Part shown: in pieces, positions 46,469 through 48,578 of the stretch
Layout of the letters: each line of letters opens with the position of its first letter
Numbering within the stretch: position 1 is the first letter of the stretch
Assembly (NCBI GenBank): GCA_047621685.1
Contig: JBLHNG010000004.1
Span: 1 to 48,578, forward strand
Reading direction: 5' to 3'
DNA length: 48,578 bases
Source of the DNA: Myxococcota bacterium
GTDB taxonomy: Bacteria; Myxococcota_A; UBA796
Program-made: the position numbers and the translations under genes
Notes under the pieces: generated by a model
Database searches by the model: none
Told to the model about the DNA's origin: nothing
The model's input: the letters and a program-made list of their open reading frames with translations, nothing else

Positions 46469-48268
46469 TTAGACTTCTTCGATTAGGGCGCCACCATCCC
46501 ACTGGCCAATGCTGAAGATAACGAACTCGGCGGGCTTGACCGGGCAGATTCCAATCTGCACGTTCACCTGGCCCGCATCGATAAGATACCGCGGATTTGT
46601 CTCGCTGTCGCACTTGACGTAGAAGGCTTCTTCCGGCGTCTGACCGAACAACGCACCGGAGCGCCAGACACGCATGAGGTACGCGCGGACGTCGCGGGTG
46701 AGCTTCTTCCAGAGGGTGTGATCGTTGGGCTCGAACACTGCCCACTGGCTGCCAACCATGATCGACTGCTCGATCATGATGAACAGGCGGCGCACGTTGA
46801 TGTACTTCCAGGACGGGTCGGACTTGGTGGCGAGGGTACGCGCACCCCAGATCCGGATGCCACGGTCCTTGAACTCACGGATGACGTTGATGCCGCGGTC
46901 GTTGTACTGACCCTGCTCGATCCGGTTGATGGTCTGAGTCAGGCCGGTGATGCCCATGACCAGCTCATTTGCCGGAGCCTTGTGCACACCGCGCTCGGTG
47001 TCAACGCGGGCCATGATTCCAGCGACGTGACCACTCGGCGGAACGAACATCTCGTTCTTGGAGGTCTTGATGAGCTTCCGGCGGTTGGGGCCAGAGACCT
47101 TGATGTCCTGCTCGCCGACAAACCATGAGGGCTTGGTGATCCGGAACCAGGGCACATACATCGCGCCGTAGCCCTTCGCGGAGGCCGGGATCTTCATGTC
47201 GCCGGAGCTGACAATCGGGCCGTCGAGGATGGCGAAGCGATCCTTGCGAGTCTCGCAGTACTCCAGCATCTCTTTCTGCTGCGCATCAGTGGTGCCCGGC
47301 GCGGCCATCAAGGCCATGTCGTCTGCATCATCGAACGCATAAAGACCGAGCTTGTCTGCCTGGTTCTCGCGAATGGAGCACTCAACGTTCTGGGTGCCCA
47401 TCAGGTAGACGTAGCACTTGCCGCCGCCATTGTCGTAGAAGCCGTTGACGGATGCCACGAAGCTGAAGACAGTGGGCTGGGAGAGGAACTGACGGAACTG
47501 CTGCTTGAGCGCTTCGTCCTTGCTCAGTGCCTCGTAGACAGCATCGGCGGCGTCATCCGGGTCGTCGAAGGACTGACCAACCAGCTCCTCAATGGGAGTG
47601 GTCTCCAGGAGGAACTGTGCGAAGAAGCTCTGCAGCCAGCGGAAGAACTCACCCTTGTTGGTCACAGCGACCGGGGGGATGGAGTACTCGCTGCGCAGCG
47701 CAGTGCCCTCAGCGCCCTTGAACTCGAAGCCGTAGGTCTCGAGGACGTCGCTTGCGGTCTTGGGCTGGGGGGCGGACAGCTCGAAGTTCTCATGGAGCTG
47801 GTTGAGCAGATCGTCGACGAGCTGGTCGTTCTCAGTGACGACCTTGCCCGCGACGCTCATGATCACCTCAGCGACCTCGACCGAGGCGGTGCCCATGGAG
47901 ATCTTGACGCGGCCCTTGGAGCCGGCGCCGAAGGCAGGAGCACCCTTGCCGCCCTTGGGGGCACCGTGCAGTTCCAAGTACTTCTTGACGTCGCGAACCT
48001 GGCTGCGCTTGAGCCGGAAGGCCTGGGTCAAGGCAGTGGTGGCCTCAGCCGCGTTGCCCTTGACGGCACCCTTGGCATCGACAAGTTGGGGGATGACTTT
48101 GCCGCGGATGCGACGGCGGCCATCAAATCCGGTGATCGCAATGGCATCGTGTTCGGGATTAAACGGGAAGAGCCCGAGGAATCCGGGGATGCTGGTTGCA
48201 ACAGAGCTGATCGGCTTTGGGCCGCTATCAACCTCGCGAATATAGACGCCTGGGGTATGGTATTCCAT
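46469..48268 (-). CDS. Major tail sheath protein with large N-terminal insertion
   Basis: YHTPGVYIREV, GFYDNGG, RFAILD, VPPSGHVAG, RGVHKAPANE, IWGARTL, YINVRRL, PVKPAEFVIF; start placed at MEYHTPG. Confidence 0.95.
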   Translation of the reverse strand: MEYHTPGVYIREVDSGPKPISSVATSIPGFLGLFPFNPEHDAIAITGFDGRRRIRGKVIPQLVDAKGAVKGNAAEATTALTQAFRLKRSQVRDVKKYLELHGAPKGGKGAPAFGAGSKGRVKISMGTASVEVAEVIMSVAGKVVTENDQLVDDLLNQLHENFELSAPQPKTASDVLETYGFEFKGAEGTALRSEYSIPPVAVTNKGEFFRWLQSFFAQFLLETTPIEELVGQSFDDPDDAADAVYEALSKDEALKQQFRQFLSQPTVFSFVASVNGFYDNGGGKCYVYLMGTQNVECSIRENQADKLGLYAFDDADDMALMAAPGTTDAQQKEMLEYCETRKDRFAILDGPIVSSGDMKIPASAKGYGAMYVPWFRITKPSWFVGEQDIKVSGPNRRKLIKTSKNEMFVPPSGHVAGIMARVDTERGVHKAPANELVMGITGLTQTINRIEQGQYNDRGINVIREFKDRGIRIWGARTLATKSDPSWKYINVRRLFIMIEQSIMVGSQWAVFEPNDHTLWKKLTRDVRAYLMRVWRSGALFGQTPEEAFYVKCDSETNPRYLIDAGQVNVQIGICPVKPAEFVIFSIGQWDGGALIEEV

Positions 48269-48276
48269 AGGACTTC

Positions 48277-48578
48277 TCAATCCTCCGTGTCGGACTCGGC
48301 AGGTGAACGCCGCATGAAGTGGGGTTTGGGTCCGGGCATCTCCATCCTACGCTTACCAGGCTTTGTCGGTCTGATGCGCCCGGATGCAGGTGGCCGGTTG
48401 TCTGCTTTCTCGGCGGTGTTTTCCAAACCGGGAAGCTTGATCGTGGTTCCGCCGCCGCTGGCAGCGAGTGGTCCATCCAGCGCAACACGCGCCCTGTAGG
48501 TCATAAAAGGCCGGTAGGGCGCCTCGTGGAGGCTGAAGAGATTGGTGGCATCGCCGACAGTGAGATCATCAACGAGGG
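48277..48578 (-). CDS. 3' part of a DUF4255/Pvc16-like tail terminator (cap) gene, partial
   Basis: Frame is open to the window edge: LVDDLTVGDATNLFSLHEAPYRPFMTYRARVALDG resembles the DUF4255 C-terminus; sits directly upstream of the sheath gene. Confidence 0.65.
   Translation of the reverse strand, partial: LVDDLTVGDATNLFSLHEAPYRPFMTYRARVALDGPLAASGGGTTIKLPGLENTAEKADNRPPASGRIRPTKPGKRRMEMPGPKPHFMRRSPAESDTED

Larger units (their letters stand above)
31920..48578 (-). other. Contractile injection system (eCIS, Afp/PVC-like) gene cluster, incomplete at right edge
   Basis: Co-oriented cap, two sheaths, two tubes, chaperone, LysM initiator, hub, gp25, baseplate J and gpI-like genes; no capsid, terminase or integrase in the window. 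Confidence 0.92.

Noticed and set aside
31920-48578. Prophage or classical T6SS interpretation
   Set aside because: No capsid, portal, terminase, integrase or lysis genes; single-chain phage-type sheaths and gp19 tubes rather than TssB/TssC and Hcp; no TssJLM or ClpV in the window.
1-48578. tRNA, rRNA, IS elements, integrases
   Set aside because: None recognised by eye; intergenic gaps are short and no transposase or recombinase motifs were seen.

Overview
High-GC bacterial DNA; the gene content (ftp-type type III PKS operon, eukaryote-like kinases, many short-signal lipoproteins) suggests Myxococcota, which is an inference. Three blocks are visible. (1) 1-17 kb is lipid/envelope metabolism: TlpA redoxin, FadL-type porin, glpD, crotonase, a five-gene type III PKS/methyltransferase/ACP/FAAL/flavin oxidoreductase operon, TerC and an SDR. 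(2) 17-31 kb is an unusual signalling/envelope block: TPR-like proteins, a membrane Ser/Thr kinase, an FHA-like/TM/MltD fusion, a pseudokinase with two apparent ubiquitin-like (YukD-type) domains, a candidate injection cargo with an LQxxxGNQA motif, and a ubiquitin-like/4TM/C4HC3-RING protein. (3) 31.9-48.6 kb is a minus-strand contractile injection system (eCIS/Afp/PVC-like) that runs off the right edge. The best-supported new signal is a -1 programmed frameshift cassette (G GGG GAA, 6-nt spacer, 15-bp hairpin) that would fuse the tail-assembly chaperone to a start-less DUF6760-like ORF, as in phage lambda G/GT. The locus also has a hub-only VgrG followed by a strong terminator where spike and PAAR genes usually sit, and a 1322-aa basic low-complexity protein in the tape-measure position. 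All calls come from motif recognition by eye; no searches were run.
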